Assembly: GCA_031272825.1 (NCBI GenBank)
Contig: JAISTE010000170.1
Span: 1 to 55,621 of the forward strand
DNA from: Propionibacteriaceae bacterium
GTDB lineage: Bacteria > Actinomycetota > Actinomycetes > Propionibacteriales > Propionibacteriaceae
Length of the DNA: 55,621 bases
Direction of reading: 5' to 3'
The position numbers and the translations under genes were made by a program. Positions within the stretch are counted from its first letter, which is position 1, and each line of letters begins with the position of its first letter. This document shows positions 30,123 to 39,959 of this stretch, piece by piece. The notes beneath the pieces are model-generated. The model saw only the letters and a program-made list of their open reading frames with translations, ran no database searches and had not been told where the DNA came from.

Positions 30123-30812
30123 TTACGCCCCAATCAATCCGAAGAGAATGCACACCGGGGGAAGGATGAACCCGATGTAGATCAGCAGTGCGACGATCCA
30201 CGCCAGCGCGTTCAGCACCATGTGGGATTCCTCGGAGGTGTTGGCGCCGAGGGTCGCGAACGCGGACCAGAAGCCGTGGCGCACGTGCATGCACACGGCG
30301 ATCAGCCACAGCGCGTAGAACAGGACGAAGTACCACTGGGAGAAGTCCGTCACTACGGAGTTGTAGGGGCTGGCAGGATCACGCGGGGCGATGGTGAACT
30401 GGTACAGGTGGAAGACCAGGAAACCGGCCAGGATGATGCCGCCCCAGCGCATCATGGAGGACGAATAGGTGCGCTCCAGGCGCTTCTTCACCGCGTAGGA
30501 GTCGGGGTTGGCCTTCTTGGCACGCAGCCACAGCGTGATCGCGCTCCACATGTGGAGGACGAGAGCTGCGAGCATCACGAGCCGGAAGCACCAGATGAAC
30601 CCGCCCTTGGGGAAGATCGGGTAGAGCATATCCGTCTTGAGCCATTCGGCGTAGTGGTTGAAAGCCTCTTCGCCAATGAAAACTTTGAGGTTGCCGTACA
30701 TATGGAACAGCAGGAATGCGATCAATATCAAGCCTGTGACAGCCATGAGGGCTTTACGGGCTACGGTTGATCGCAACGTCTGCTGTTGCGGAGTAAGAGT
30801 CGTAGTCGCCAC
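30123..30812 (-). CDS. sdhC: Succinate dehydrogenase cytochrome b subunit (b558-type)
   Basis: K.LMAVTG...FHMYGNL, conserved His residues, several TM segments. Confidence 0.9.
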   Translation of the reverse strand: MATTTLTPQQQTLRSTVARKALMAVTGLILIAFLLFHMYGNLKVFIGEEAFNHYAEWLKTDMLYPIFPKGGFIWCFRLVMLAALVLHMWSAITLWLRAKKANPDSYAVKKRLERTYSSSMMRWGGIILAGFLVFHLYQFTIAPRDPASPYNSVVTDFSQWYFVLFYALWLIAVCMHVRHGFWSAFATLGANTSEESHMVLNALAWIVALLIYIGFILPPVCILFGLIGA

Positions 30813-30992
30813 GGGGCAACCCTATCCAAAAGTCTGGGCCATTTCATTCCACGTAAGCTTCGTTTCCGGAGGTTATTGGACAAAACGCGCTTGTCTCGCG
30901 CCACAAGGGGATTTATGTGAAAATTTCGTGACGTAAATAGTTTGAGATTTCATTGCCGGAATAGCTCGGCGCATAAGGTCGGCGGGTGTGTT

Positions 30993-31775
30993 TCAGTCCT
31001 CGGACCGGCCCGGTTCCAGCAGGTCTGGGCGGCGCTGCGCCGTCCTTTCGACGGCCATCTTCCGGCGCCACTTATCTACGTTTCCGTGGTGCCCAGAGAG
31101 CAGCACCTCCGGCACGCCCATCCCCCGCCACTCGCTTGGCTTGGTATACAGCGGGTATTCGAGCAGATCCTTGTAGGCGCCCGAGTGGGATTCCTCTTCC
31201 AGGGATTCGGGGTTGCCGATCACTCCGGGGATGAGCCGAACGACGGCCTCGATCATGGCCAGCGCCGCGACCTCGCCCCCGTTCAAGACGTAGTCCCCCA
31301 GGCTTACCTCGGCCACCCGCCAGTTCGCCCTGGCGTAGTCGAACACGCGCTGATCGATGCCCTCGTAGCGACCGCAGCCGATCACGATGCGCTCCTCGGT
31401 GCTCCATTCCTGCGCCCGCTCTTGGTTGAACACGCGGCCAGAGGGTGTGGGGAAGACGACCAGGGGGACGTCGTTGAGCTCAGTTGCGGGTAACGCGGTT
31501 CCGCTGCCCGATTCCTCCTGGTTTTCCGCCGTACCCAACCGAGGGCAGCGGGCCAGCACGGCATCCAGCGCCTCTCCCCAGGGCTCGGGTTTCATCACCA
31601 TGCCTGCTCCCCCGCCGTACGGCGTATCGTCGACGGTGCGGTGACGGTCGTGGGTAAAGTCGCGCAGGTCGTGGGCCTGGACGTCGATAAGTCCTGCCTC
31701 CCTGGCCTGCCCGATCAAAGACAGTTCCAGCGGGGCGAGGTAATCGGGGAAGATGGTGATGACGTCGATTCTCAC
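30993..31775 (-). CDS. trmD: tRNA (m1G37) methyltransferase
   Basis: [34 protein letters not shown]. Confidence 0.95.
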   Translation of the reverse strand: MRIDVITIFPDYLAPLELSLIGQAREAGLIDVQAHDLRDFTHDRHRTVDDTPYGGGAGMVMKPEPWGEALDAVLARCPRLGTAENQEESGSGTALPATELNDVPLVVFPTPSGRVFNQERAQEWSTEERIVIGCGRYEGIDQRVFDYARANWRVAEVSLGDYVLNGGEVAALAMIEAVVRLIPGVIGNPESLEEESHSGAYKDLLEYPLYTKPSEWRGMGVPEVLLSGHHGNVDKWRRKMAVERTAQRRPDLLEPGRSED

Positions 31776-32263
31776 AAAAGTCCTTCCAACTGGGCGATCT
31801 GCACATAGCCGCCTTGGACGTCGACGCTTGGGACGAGCGCAGCCACGAACGGAACCAGGTGGTTGCCGTCGGCGCACTTGATCTCCAGCAGATCCTGGGC
31901 GGGCAGGTGCAGTACCCGAACCACCTCACCCAGCCGCTCCCCGGCCTCATCGCGCGCTTCCAGCCCGATCAGCTCGACGTCGTTGTAGACGTTCTCCTCT
32001 TCGACTGGCAGAGATTCGCCCCACAGGTTCTTGCCGCGCAGCGCCTCCACTTCCGAGCGCGAATCGACGCCCTCAAAGCGCAGGTACCAGATCCCCTGGC
32101 GCTTCTCGGCGCCCGCGATGGTGACCTTGCGGCCCGTGTCGGTTTTATAAGTGGAGCCGATTTGGTAGCGGGTCTCGGGTTCGTCCGTCACCGTCCACAC
32201 GGCGGCTTCGCCCTTGAGGCCGTGCGGCTTCCCGATCTCGGCGATGATGACTTGGTCGGACAC
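31772..32263 (-). CDS. rimM: Ribosome maturation factor RimM
   Basis: [15 protein letters not shown]; position between khpA and trmD. Confidence 0.92.
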   Translation of the reverse strand: MSDQVIIAEIGKPHGLKGEAAVWTVTDEPETRYQIGSTYKTDTGRKVTIAGAEKRQGIWYLRFEGVDSRSEVEALRGKNLWGESLPVEEENVYNDVELIGLEARDEAGERLGEVVRVLHLPAQDLLEIKCADGNHLVPFVAALVPSVDVQGGYVQIAQLEGLL

Positions 32264-32284
32264 TGTTCCCCTCACGTGTTAAGA

Positions 32285-32315
32285 GAAAACGCCCCGCGTG
32301 CGGCGGGGCGTTTTC
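32285..32315. terminator. Hairpin between khpA and rimM
   Basis: GAAAACGCCCCGC...GCGGGGCGTTTTC. Confidence 0.75.
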
Positions 32316-32324
32316 GTTAGCTTA

Positions 32325-32639
32325 CTAGCTGCGGCCTCGGTAGCCGCCGCGCTGCGGGCGTCCTCCGCGCGAGCCCCCGCGCTGGGGGCCACGGCGCTGC
32401 GGGCGGGCGGTGGCGTCCTGGAAGTCGATGCGAATGCTCTCTCCACCGGACAGAGCTGAGATGACCGTGCGCAGAGCTTGGGCCGTGCGGCCCTGCCTGC
32501 CGATCACCTTGCCCATGTCACCAGGGGCGACCTTCACTTCAAGCGAGTGACCGCGTCGGCCATTGAACTCCTTGACGCGAACGGATTCAGGGTTCGCGAC
32601 GATTCCACGGAGCAGGTGCTGTAGGGCTTCTGTCAACAT
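32325..32639 (-). CDS. khpA: KH-domain RNA-binding protein with Arg/Gly-rich tail
   Basis: DMGKVIGRQGRTA GxxG motif; downstream of rpsP. Confidence 0.9.
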   Translation of the reverse strand: MLTEALQHLLRGIVANPESVRVKEFNGRRGHSLEVKVAPGDMGKVIGRQGRTAQALRTVISALSGGESIRIDFQDATARPQRRGPQRGGSRGGRPQRGGYRGRS

Positions 32640-32642
32640 CTC

Positions 32643-33149
32643 TTAGGCCTTTTCTTCGGCGGCTTCCTTGGCGGTTTCTTCGACGGGCTCTTCGTTCTTG
32701 AGCTCTTCGGCGACGGCCTCGGAAACAGGTTCTGCGGTTTCGGGTGCGGCTTGCTCAGCCTTCTTCTTGGTTGCCTTCTTGGCGGTGACGGCCTTCTTAG
32801 CGGTGTCGCCGTCGCTCTCAGCGAGCGCCTTGTTGAAGATGGCGACCTTGTCTTCCTTCACCGGCTGCGGCTCAACCCCGGCAGGGGTCGTGTCGCCCGA
32901 GAAGGTCTGCCAGTCGCCCGTACGCTTGAGCAGAGCAACGACGGCCTCAGTCGGCTGGGCGCCGACGCCGAGCCAGTACTGGACGCGGTCGGATTTCACT
33001 TCGATGACCGATGGGTCGTTCTTCGGGTGGTAAATGCCGATCTCTTCGATGGCCCGCCCGTCGCGCTTGGTGCGCGAGTCCATAACAACAATGCGGTAGT
33101 GGGGCTGGCGAATCTTGCCCAGCCTCTTTAGCCGAATCTTTACTGCCAC
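32643..33149 (-). CDS. rpsP: 30S ribosomal protein S16 with C-terminal extension
   Basis: VKIRLKRLG...[20 protein letters not shown]; GTG start with AAGGAG upstream. Confidence 0.96.
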   Translation of the reverse strand: MAVKIRLKRLGKIRQPHYRIVVMDSRTKRDGRAIEEIGIYHPKNDPSVIEVKSDRVQYWLGVGAQPTEAVVALLKRTGDWQTFSGDTTPAGVEPQPVKEDKVAIFNKALAESDGDTAKKAVTAKKATKKKAEQAAPETAEPVSEAVAEELKNEEPVEETAKEAAEEKA

Positions 33150-33313
33150 GAGTGTGGTATCTCCTTGTTTTGTAGTTTGGCGGCTATGGCCAAGTGGGGT
33201 TCGGCCCCTCACCACCGGTGGGCTGCCTGCGCCCCGGATTGAGAGGGCCCGGAACGCACACAGACGCAACGGCAATCATATTGCCAAAGTCGAAAACCCC
33301 AAAATGACGCGCC

Positions 33314-33727
33314 TCAATCCGCCGTTCCCGGCTCAACGACCCACTGCGCCCGGAGCGCTGGCTCTACTGAGGCCAGGTATTCAAAGTCGTGGTCATAGTG
33401 GATCAGCAGCACGCCGTGGCGCACGCAGGCAGCCGCAATTTGGATGTCGGCGACCCCGGCAGCCCTGCCCTTGCCCGAATCAAAAAGCGCCGCCTGCATC
33501 CGCAGTGCGATGTCGGCAGTTTCTGAGTCCGGAGCCAGGAACACCATCGCCGCTCTGGCCGCCTCAATCTGCTGGTGATATTCCTGCGGGCTCCGAGCCG
33601 AGTACCCGCGCTCAAGCTCGACCTGCAGGCAGGTAGCTAAGGAGTCCTTTTCTATGAACTTCGCGACCGTCTGCCCGACCGATTCCTTCCCAACTCTTTG
33701 CCACACCGAGTTGTCGATAAGGATCAT
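33314..33727 (-). CDS. vapC: PIN-domain toxin
   Basis: ILIDNS, acidic residues, ADIQIAA, HYDHDF; ATGA overlap with antitoxin. Confidence 0.88.
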   Translation of the reverse strand: MILIDNSVWQRVGKESVGQTVAKFIEKDSLATCLQVELERGYSARSPQEYHQQIEAARAAMVFLAPDSETADIALRMQAALFDSGKGRAAGVADIQIAAACVRHGVLLIHYDHDFEYLASVEPALRAQWVVEPGTAD

Positions 33728-33930
33728 CTGCGGGCCTCAGCGAGTATCCCCGGCTTGGAGAGATCGGCGAGCATCCCGCCTTGCATCAGCTTCAGAAAGT
33801 CCGCCGCCGCATGCCGACGGACGAACTCCTCCAACGCCTGCCTTACGGCCCCCACCTGGGTATGTTCATCAGCAATCTCGACGGCCTGAGCCAACAACTC
33901 GTCGTCCAGATCCAGTAGTTTCTTGCTCAT
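33724..33930 (-). CDS. vapB: VapB-type antitoxin
   Basis: MSKKLLDLDDELL...AVRQALEEFVRR RHH-like pattern, 68 aa. Confidence 0.85.
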   Translation of the reverse strand: MSKKLLDLDDELLAQAVEIADEHTQVGAVRQALEEFVRRHAAADFLKLMQGGMLADLSKPGILAEARR

Positions 33931-33937
33931 AGGTTGA

Positions 33938-33968
33938 GTATATATTGCAATGCCCACAAAATATATAC
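33938..33968. promoter_or_regulatory. vapBC operator/promoter inverted repeat
   Basis: GTATATATT-N13-AATATATAC immediately upstream of vapB. Confidence 0.7.
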
Positions 33969-34075
33969 CGCCTTCCCTTTGCGCCTCACCTTTTACGATG
34001 GAAGCCGAAGCAGGGACTGGCGAGAACCACTCCCCCTCAGTGGCACCCGCGCCCCTGCCAATGCAAAGATGAGCT

Positions 34076-35206
34076 ATGGCCTGGTACCTTCCCGATGACA
34101 AGCTTGCCGAACTCGATCCGCGCACCCCGCTGCATCTGCAGGGGGTCGTTTTGCCCGAGGGGCACACCCGCGATCTGTTTATCAAGGACGGTCACGTCGT
34201 CTTGGAGGCCGACGGGGCCGTTACTGTTGCCAGGGACGGGTTTATCTTGCCCGGGCTCGTCGATTCGCACTGCCACATCTCGTTGGGCAAGGGCGGGGCC
34301 ATACCCGACGAACAATCCCGCCATCACGCCGAACTAGATCGCGATGCCGGGGCGCTGCTGCTGCGCGAGGTGGGGGCTCCGAATGACACCCACTGGGTCG
34401 ATTCCGAGATAGACCTGCCGCGCATGATCCGCGCCGGGCGGCATATCGCCCGGCCCAAGCGTTACATCAGGGGCTATGCGGTGGAGATCGAGCCCGAGGA
34501 TCTGGCCGCCGAGGTGGAGATCCAGGCCAAGCGCGGCGACGGCTGGGTAAAGCTGGTCGGCGATTGGATCGACCGTTCGGAAGGTGATTTGCTCCCGCTG
34601 TGGCCCGAGGAGGCCGCGAGGGCGGGGATCGAGAGGGCCCACGAGCTCGGCGTCCGGATCACCGCGCATTGCTTCGGCGAGGAATCGGTGGCCCAGCTGG
34701 TTCGGCTCGGCATCGACGGTATCGAGCACGGCACCGGCCTCGACGAGTCGACGGCCAAGATCATGGCCGAGCACCAAACTTCTCTAGTTCCGACACTGAC
34801 CAACATCGACAATTTCGTGCTCTTCGCCGCCCAGGGGATGCCCAAGTACCCCAAGTATTCCCAGCGCATTTCCCGGCTGTACAAGCGCCGCATGGAGACA
34901 TTTGCGCGGGCCGTCGAGCTGGGGGTACCGATCTATGCCGGAACCGACGCCGGCGGCACAGTTCCCCACGGGCTTATCAACCGCGAAATCCGCCAGCTCG
35001 CCCTAGTTGGCGGCGCCGAGTTCGCCCTCGGGGCGGCCTCCTGGCGTGCCCGCGAGTGGCTGGGAGAATCCGGACGCCTCATCCCCGGTGCCCACGCCGA
35101 TCTAATCGTCTACAACTCAGATCCGCGTGAACACCTGTGGACACTCGACCACCCCGGGTTGATGATCCTCAAAGGAAAGGTCAGGCCACAAGGGCACCGG
35201 GCTTGA
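34076..35206 (+). CDS. Metal-dependent amidohydrolase
   Basis: [24 protein letters not shown]. Confidence 0.88.
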   Translation: MAWYLPDDKLAELDPRTPLHLQGVVLPEGHTRDLFIKDGHVVLEADGAVTVARDGFILPGLVDSHCHISLGKGGAIPDEQSRHHAELDRDAGALLLREVGAPNDTHWVDSEIDLPRMIRAGRHIARPKRYIRGYAVEIEPEDLAAEVEIQAKRGDGWVKLVGDWIDRSEGDLLPLWPEEAARAGIERAHELGVRITAHCFGEESVAQLVRLGIDGIEHGTGLDESTAKIMAEHQTSLVPTLTNIDNFVLFAAQGMPKYPKYSQRISRLYKRRMETFARAVELGVPIYAGTDAGGTVPHGLINREIRQLALVGGAEFALGAASWRAREWLGESGRLIPGAHADLIVYNSDPREHLWTLDHPGLMILKGKVRPQGHRA

Positions 35207-36467
35207 ACTCTTCCTTGCGCTTCAGGCGGCCCCGGTATTCGGCGGTCGCGGTGAACAGCACGTCGGAGGACGAGTTGAGGGCCGTCTCGCACGAATCCTG
35301 AACCACGCCGATGATGAAGCCGATGCCGACAACCTGCATGGCGACGTCGTTGGAGATGCCCAACAGCGAGCACGCCAGCGGGATAAGCAGCAGCGAACCG
35401 CCCGCGACCCCCGACGCGCCGCAGGCCGAAACCGCGGCCAGCACACACAAGATGACGGCCGTAAAGAAGTCCACCGTGATCCCCAGCGTGTGGGCGGCAG
35501 CCAGCGCCATGACGGTGATGGTGACGGACGCCCCGGCCATGTTGATCGTCGCTCCGAGCGGGATGGACACCGAGTAGATGTCCTTCTCAAGGCCGAGTTT
35601 GCGGCACAGTTCCATGTTCACTGGGATGTTCGCGGCTGACGAACGGGTGAAGAACGCCGTCAGGCCCGATTCCTTCAGGCAGCGAAGCACCAGCGGGTAT
35701 GGATTGCGGTGGATGGCCAGGAAAACCATCAAAGGGTTGGCCAGCAGCGCGATGACGAGCATGGCTCCTACCAGCACCAGCAACAGCTGGCCGTATTCGG
35801 TGAAAATCTCCAGCCCCGAGGTGTAGACGGAGTTGAACACCAGCCCGAGAACACCGAACGGGGCCAGGTTGATCACCCAGCGCACCACCGTGGAGATGGC
35901 GTCGGAGACATTGGCGACGACAGCCTTGGTCGTCTCGCCCGCCATGCGCAGCGCGATCCCAATGGCGACGGCCCACGCCAGAATCCCCAGATAGTTGGCG
36001 TTCGCGAGCGCGGCCACCGGGTTCGCGACAACGTTCATGATGAGGGTGTGCAGCACCTCTCCGATTCCCGAAGGGGCCGACTGTTCCTCGGCAGTTTGCA
36101 ACGTAATGGTGAGCGGGAAGATGAAGGAGAACGCGGCGGCGACGATAGCCGCCATAAAAGTGGAGAGCACGTAGAAGCCGATGATCGGGGCCATCGACCC
36201 CTCGGCCTTCGCATTGGCGAGCGCGGCGATGATGAGAGTGAATACCAGCACGGGGGCGAGCGCCTTGAGCGCGCCGACGAAGACGTCGCCGATGACGGTG
36301 ATGACCGCCAGCTGCTCCCAACCGAACGCCTGCGCGGCAAGCCCGAGCGCCGCGCCCACGACCAAGCCGATGAGGATTCTGGTGATTAGCCCAAGCTTGT
36401 TCCACGCCCTGCCGACCGTCCTTGTGGCCGATGCAATGGATTTCCACATAGTGCGTTCAGATGCCAT
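35181..36467 (-). CDS. sstT: Serine/threonine:Na+ symporter
   Basis: [56 protein letters not shown]. Confidence 0.93.
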   Translation of the reverse strand: MASERTMWKSIASATRTVGRAWNKLGLITRILIGLVVGAALGLAAQAFGWEQLAVITVIGDVFVGALKALAPVLVFTLIIAALANAKAEGSMAPIIGFYVLSTFMAAIVAAAFSFIFPLTITLQTAEEQSAPSGIGEVLHTLIMNVVANPVAALANANYLGILAWAVAIGIALRMAGETTKAVVANVSDAISTVVRWVINLAPFGVLGLVFNSVYTSGLEIFTEYGQLLLVLVGAMLVIALLANPLMVFLAIHRNPYPLVLRCLKESGLTAFFTRSSAANIPVNMELCRKLGLEKDIYSVSIPLGATINMAGASVTITVMALAAAHTLGITVDFFTAVILCVLAAVSACGASGVAGGSLLLIPLACSLLGISNDVAMQVVGIGFIIGVVQDSCETALNSSSDVLFTATAEYRGRLKRKEEFKPGALVA

Positions 36468-36560
36468 TGGATTTCCTTTCCGGTATCCGCCCAACGCGCG
36501 AGCGAGAGCATATCGGCACCACGCTTAACAAGAAAAATTCCGTGAAAAACAACACATTTA

Positions 36561-36693
36561 CTCGTCATGCTGCGCGCAGTCGCAGGATCTCAAGACTCAG
36601 TAGGGAACAAGAACCCCAGATCCTGCGACTTCGCGCAGGATGACGATGAAGGGGTGAAGCAGAACGACGATGAAGGGGGTGAAGCAGGACGAC
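36561..36693. repeat. Inverted pair of CGTC-type repeats plus degenerate ~24-25-bp tandem tails
   Basis: Forward 36561-36591, reverse 36618-36646, then GCAGRAYGACGATGAAGGGG(G)TGAA repeated. Confidence 0.85.
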
Positions 36694-36698
36694 TAACA

Positions 36699-38249
36699 TC
36701 AACCCAGGAGTTTTTTCACCTCGTCCGGAAGCTCAATGTTCTGCCCGCCGCTGATCCCCGGCATCCCGAACGGCGATTGCTTGGGCGTGAGCCCCGGCAA
36801 GGAAATGTCCGGCGTGGAGACGATCTCCGGGGCGTCGGCCTTGGGTGCGGCCGGGTTGCCGCGCTTGGCCGGATTACCCGAAACCTTGTGGGTCTTGGCC
36901 TTCTTCTTGGCTTGCTTTACCTGCCTGCGCATCCCGGGCAGCGCCCCGGAAGCACCGGCGCGGGCCATCATCTTGCGCGCTTCTTCGAAACGGTTGACAA
37001 GGGTATTTACTGCTGAAACTGTTGTTCCGGCGCCTTTGGCGATCCTGGCCCGACGGGAACCGTCGAGAATCTTGGGATTGGCCCGTTCGATGGGGGTCAT
37101 GGATTGGATGATCGCCATCTGGCGGTCGATGTCGCGCTCGTCGATAGCCTCCAGCTGATCCTTGTACTGGGCAGCGCCCGGCATCATGCCGAGCAGCTTG
37201 GACATCGGGCCCATCTTGCGCATGGCCTGCATCTGGGTCAAGAACTCGTCCAGCCCAAAGCCGTCCCCGGCGAGCAGCTTCTTGGCAGCCTCGGCGGATT
37301 GCTTCATATCGAACGTGCGCTGGGCCTGCTCGATCAAGGTGAGCAGATCGCCCATGTCGAGGATGCGCGAGGCCATGCGGTCAGGGTGGAAGACCTCGAA
37401 ATCGTCCAGCCCCTCGCCGACGGACGCAAACAAGATCGGCTTACCCGTCACACCGACAATCGAAAGGGCCGCGCCGCCGCGCGCATCGCCGTCGAGCTTG
37501 GAGAGCACCACACCGTCGAACCCGACGCCGTCTTCGAACGCGCGAGCCGTGTTCACGGCATCCTGGCCGATCATGGCGTCGACGACGAACAAGACCTCGG
37601 TCGGGTGCACGGCATCGCGAATGTCGGCGGCCTGCTTCATCAGCTCCTGGTCGACACCCAAACGCCCGGCCGTATCGACGATCACCACGTCGTAGAGCTT
37701 GGAGGTGGCAAAGCCCAAGGAATCGCGGGAGACCTGCACCGGATCACCGACGCCGTTGCCCGGCTGCGGCGCATAGACGTGCACCCCGGCGCGCTCGCCG
37801 ACCACCTGCAGCTGGTTTACGGCGTTGGGGCGCTGCAGATCGGCGGCCACAAGCAGCGGCGAATGGCCCTGCTCTTTCAGCCACTTGCCGAGCTTCCCGG
37901 CCAGGGTCGTCTTACCGGAGCCTTGCAGACCGGCCAGCATGATCACGGTCGGAGGATTCTTGGCAAAGCGCAGAGGCCGCTGTTCGCCGCCGAGCACAGC
38001 CACCAGCTCGTCGTAGACGATCTTGACGATCTGCTGCCCGGCGTTCAGCGCTTGATTGATCTCGGCGGAAGTCGCGCGCTCGCGCACCCGGTGGATGAAC
38101 GCCTTGACGACCTCCAGGTTGACGTCGGCCTCAAGAAGCGCGACCCGGATCTCTTTGAGCGTGAGATTGATATCGTGCTCCGACAAGCGGGTCTTCCCGC
38201 GCAGGTTCTTGAACGCGCCGGTCAGCCGCTGTTGCAGATTGTCAAACAT
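36699..38249 (-). CDS. ffh: Signal recognition particle protein
   Basis: ALLEADV, GLQGSGKTT, DTAGR, SKLDGDARGG, M domain GSRRARIA.G. Confidence 0.96.
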   Translation of the reverse strand: MFDNLQQRLTGAFKNLRGKTRLSEHDINLTLKEIRVALLEADVNLEVVKAFIHRVRERATSAEINQALNAGQQIVKIVYDELVAVLGGEQRPLRFAKNPPTVIMLAGLQGSGKTTLAGKLGKWLKEQGHSPLLVAADLQRPNAVNQLQVVGERAGVHVYAPQPGNGVGDPVQVSRDSLGFATSKLYDVVIVDTAGRLGVDQELMKQAADIRDAVHPTEVLFVVDAMIGQDAVNTARAFEDGVGFDGVVLSKLDGDARGGAALSIVGVTGKPILFASVGEGLDDFEVFHPDRMASRILDMGDLLTLIEQAQRTFDMKQSAEAAKKLLAGDGFGLDEFLTQMQAMRKMGPMSKLLGMMPGAAQYKDQLEAIDERDIDRQMAIIQSMTPIERANPKILDGSRRARIAKGAGTTVSAVNTLVNRFEEARKMMARAGASGALPGMRRQVKQAKKKAKTHKVSGNPAKRGNPAAPKADAPEIVSTPDISLPGLTPKQSPFGMPGISGGQNIELPDEVKKLLG

Positions 38250-38314
38250 TTATCCTCCGGAAATCCCAGTCATTCTATCGGCCAACATTGGGCATCGGTA
38301 CTTAGTGGGTGACA

Positions 38315-38412
38315 CGTCATCCTCACATCCCACCCCGTCATCCTGCGCGAAGTCGCAGGATCCCTCCTCGACCATCCCAGAGAAGATTCTGCGACTTCGC
38401 GCAGAATGACGG
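38315..38412. repeat. Inverted pair of CGTC-type repeats
   Basis: Forward 38335-38363, reverse 38384-38412, extra CGTCATCCT at 38315. Confidence 0.88.
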
Positions 38413-38448
38413 AGAAAGAATCGCGGTAAACGTAGTGAAATCCTCAAA

Positions 38449-39576
38449 TCAGCTCAAAAGCGCGTCCACAAATTCCTCGACGTCGAACGGGGCCAGGTCG
38501 TCCGGCCCCTCGCCCAGCCCGACGAGCTTGACCGGGACGCCCAACTCCTGCTGCACGGAGAACACGATTCCGCCCTTGGCCGAGCCGTCAAGCTTGGTCA
38601 GCACGATTCCGGTGACGTCGACGACCTCGGCAAACACCTTGGCCTGGATAAGCCCGTTCTGCCCGGTCGTAGCGTCCAGCACGAGCAGCACCTCGGTGAT
38701 GGGGGCCTGCTTTTCGATTACGCGTTTTACCTTGCCCAGCTCGTCCATCAGGCCGGTCTTGGTGTGCAGCCTCCCGGCGGTATCGATCAGGGCGGTGTCC
38801 ACCTCGGCCTCGATTGCCCGCTGCACGGCGGCGAAGGCTACGGACGCCGGGTCGGCCCCTTCGGTCCCTCTTACGGTCTCGGCGCCCACGCGCGAGCCCC
38901 ACGTTTCGAGCTGGTCGGCGGCGGCAGCGCGGAAGGTGTCGGCGGCACCGAGCACCAGCGTGTGTCCTTCGGCGACCAGCACGCGGGCGAGCTTTCCGAT
39001 GGTCGTGGTCTTCCCTGTCCCGTTGACGCCCACAACCAGCACTACCCCGGGCTTGCCGTCGGCGCCCTCCACGTTCAGCGTGCGGTCGAGCTCGGGTTTG
39101 CCGAGCTTCACCAGCTCGTCGTGCAGCACCTGCTTGGCCTTGGATGTGTCGCCGCCGGAGATTCCGATTTCTGTGCGCAGGGCGTCGATCAGCTCGGTGG
39201 TGGCCGCCACTCCGAGGTCGGCGGTGATGAGGGTGGCCTCAAGGTCTTCGTAGGTCTCCTCGTCGAGCTTGTCGGCGGACAGCAGAGACAACAGCCCGCG
39301 GGCGAACGGGTTCTCGGCGGCCGAGAGTTTGCGGCGCAGCCTCGCCAGGCGGCCCTCCGGCGCTTCGGGGATGTCCAGCGGCGGGGCCTGCGGCTGGGAT
39401 TCGGTTTGCTCTTGCTCTTCAGCCGACTCTTGCTCGGCGGGGGTTTCGACGGGCGGGGTCTTGGCTGCCTCTTGCTTCTCGATACGACGGCCGCGCACAA
39501 CCATCAGGGAGGCGATGACCAGTGCCAGGACAATCCCGATAAGGATGACCAGGAAAATCAGATCGGTGGTGTTCAC
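38449..39576 (-). CDS. ftsY: SRP receptor
   Basis: N-terminal TM, GVNGTGKTT, ADTFRAAA, DTAGR, TKLDG. Confidence 0.95.
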   Translation of the reverse strand: MNTTDLIFLVILIGIVLALVIASLMVVRGRRIEKQEAAKTPPVETPAEQESAEEQEQTESQPQAPPLDIPEAPEGRLARLRRKLSAAENPFARGLLSLLSADKLDEETYEDLEATLITADLGVAATTELIDALRTEIGISGGDTSKAKQVLHDELVKLGKPELDRTLNVEGADGKPGVVLVVGVNGTGKTTTIGKLARVLVAEGHTLVLGAADTFRAAAADQLETWGSRVGAETVRGTEGADPASVAFAAVQRAIEAEVDTALIDTAGRLHTKTGLMDELGKVKRVIEKQAPITEVLLVLDATTGQNGLIQAKVFAEVVDVTGIVLTKLDGSAKGGIVFSVQQELGVPVKLVGLGEGPDDLAPFDVEEFVDALLS

Positions 39577-39585
39577 CGGGCCAGT

Positions 39586-39843
39586 CTACTTGGCGGCTTG
39601 GGGGTTCGGCCCCGGGTGCTTGTCGTGGTGCGGCACCGGGATCTTTTCAAAGGCCTCGACCAGCTTCTCGGGGGGCGGCGCTTCGCCGTTGAGGTGTTCG
39701 GCGGCCTTTTCTAAAAACGTGGTGGTTTCGGCGGGAACCCGGTCGCGTCCGCGGCCTCTCATCCCGATGGCGACCACCGCGAGCACAATCACGCACACCG
39801 CTGCGACGATGCCCACATAAACAATCCAGATGACGTTTCCCAT
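39586..39843 (-). CDS. Small single-pass membrane protein
   Basis: 85 aa, hydrophobic N-terminus, co-oriented between smc and ftsY. Confidence 0.65.
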   Translation of the reverse strand: MGNVIWIVYVGIVAAVCVIVLAVVAIGMRGRGRDRVPAETTTFLEKAAEHLNGEAPPPEKLVEAFEKIPVPHHDKHPGPNPQAAK

Positions 39844-39959
39844 TCTTACCCCGATGGACTCCCAACTTCTGTGGCCAAGCTTACCAACCGTTGCTTGCCC
39901 AGCCCTGGGACTCAGGGACGTTTAAGGGAAACCTCAGCCTGACGTTCATCAGCTGTTCA

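Noticed and set aside
31470-31550. Extra segment in TrmD ([24 protein letters not shown])
   Set aside because: Falls in a length-variable loop and shows no match to the repeat family
33931-34185. 153-aa version of the antitoxin ORF
   Set aside because: Overlaps the divergent amidohydrolase and the operator; VapB-like sequence starts at 33930
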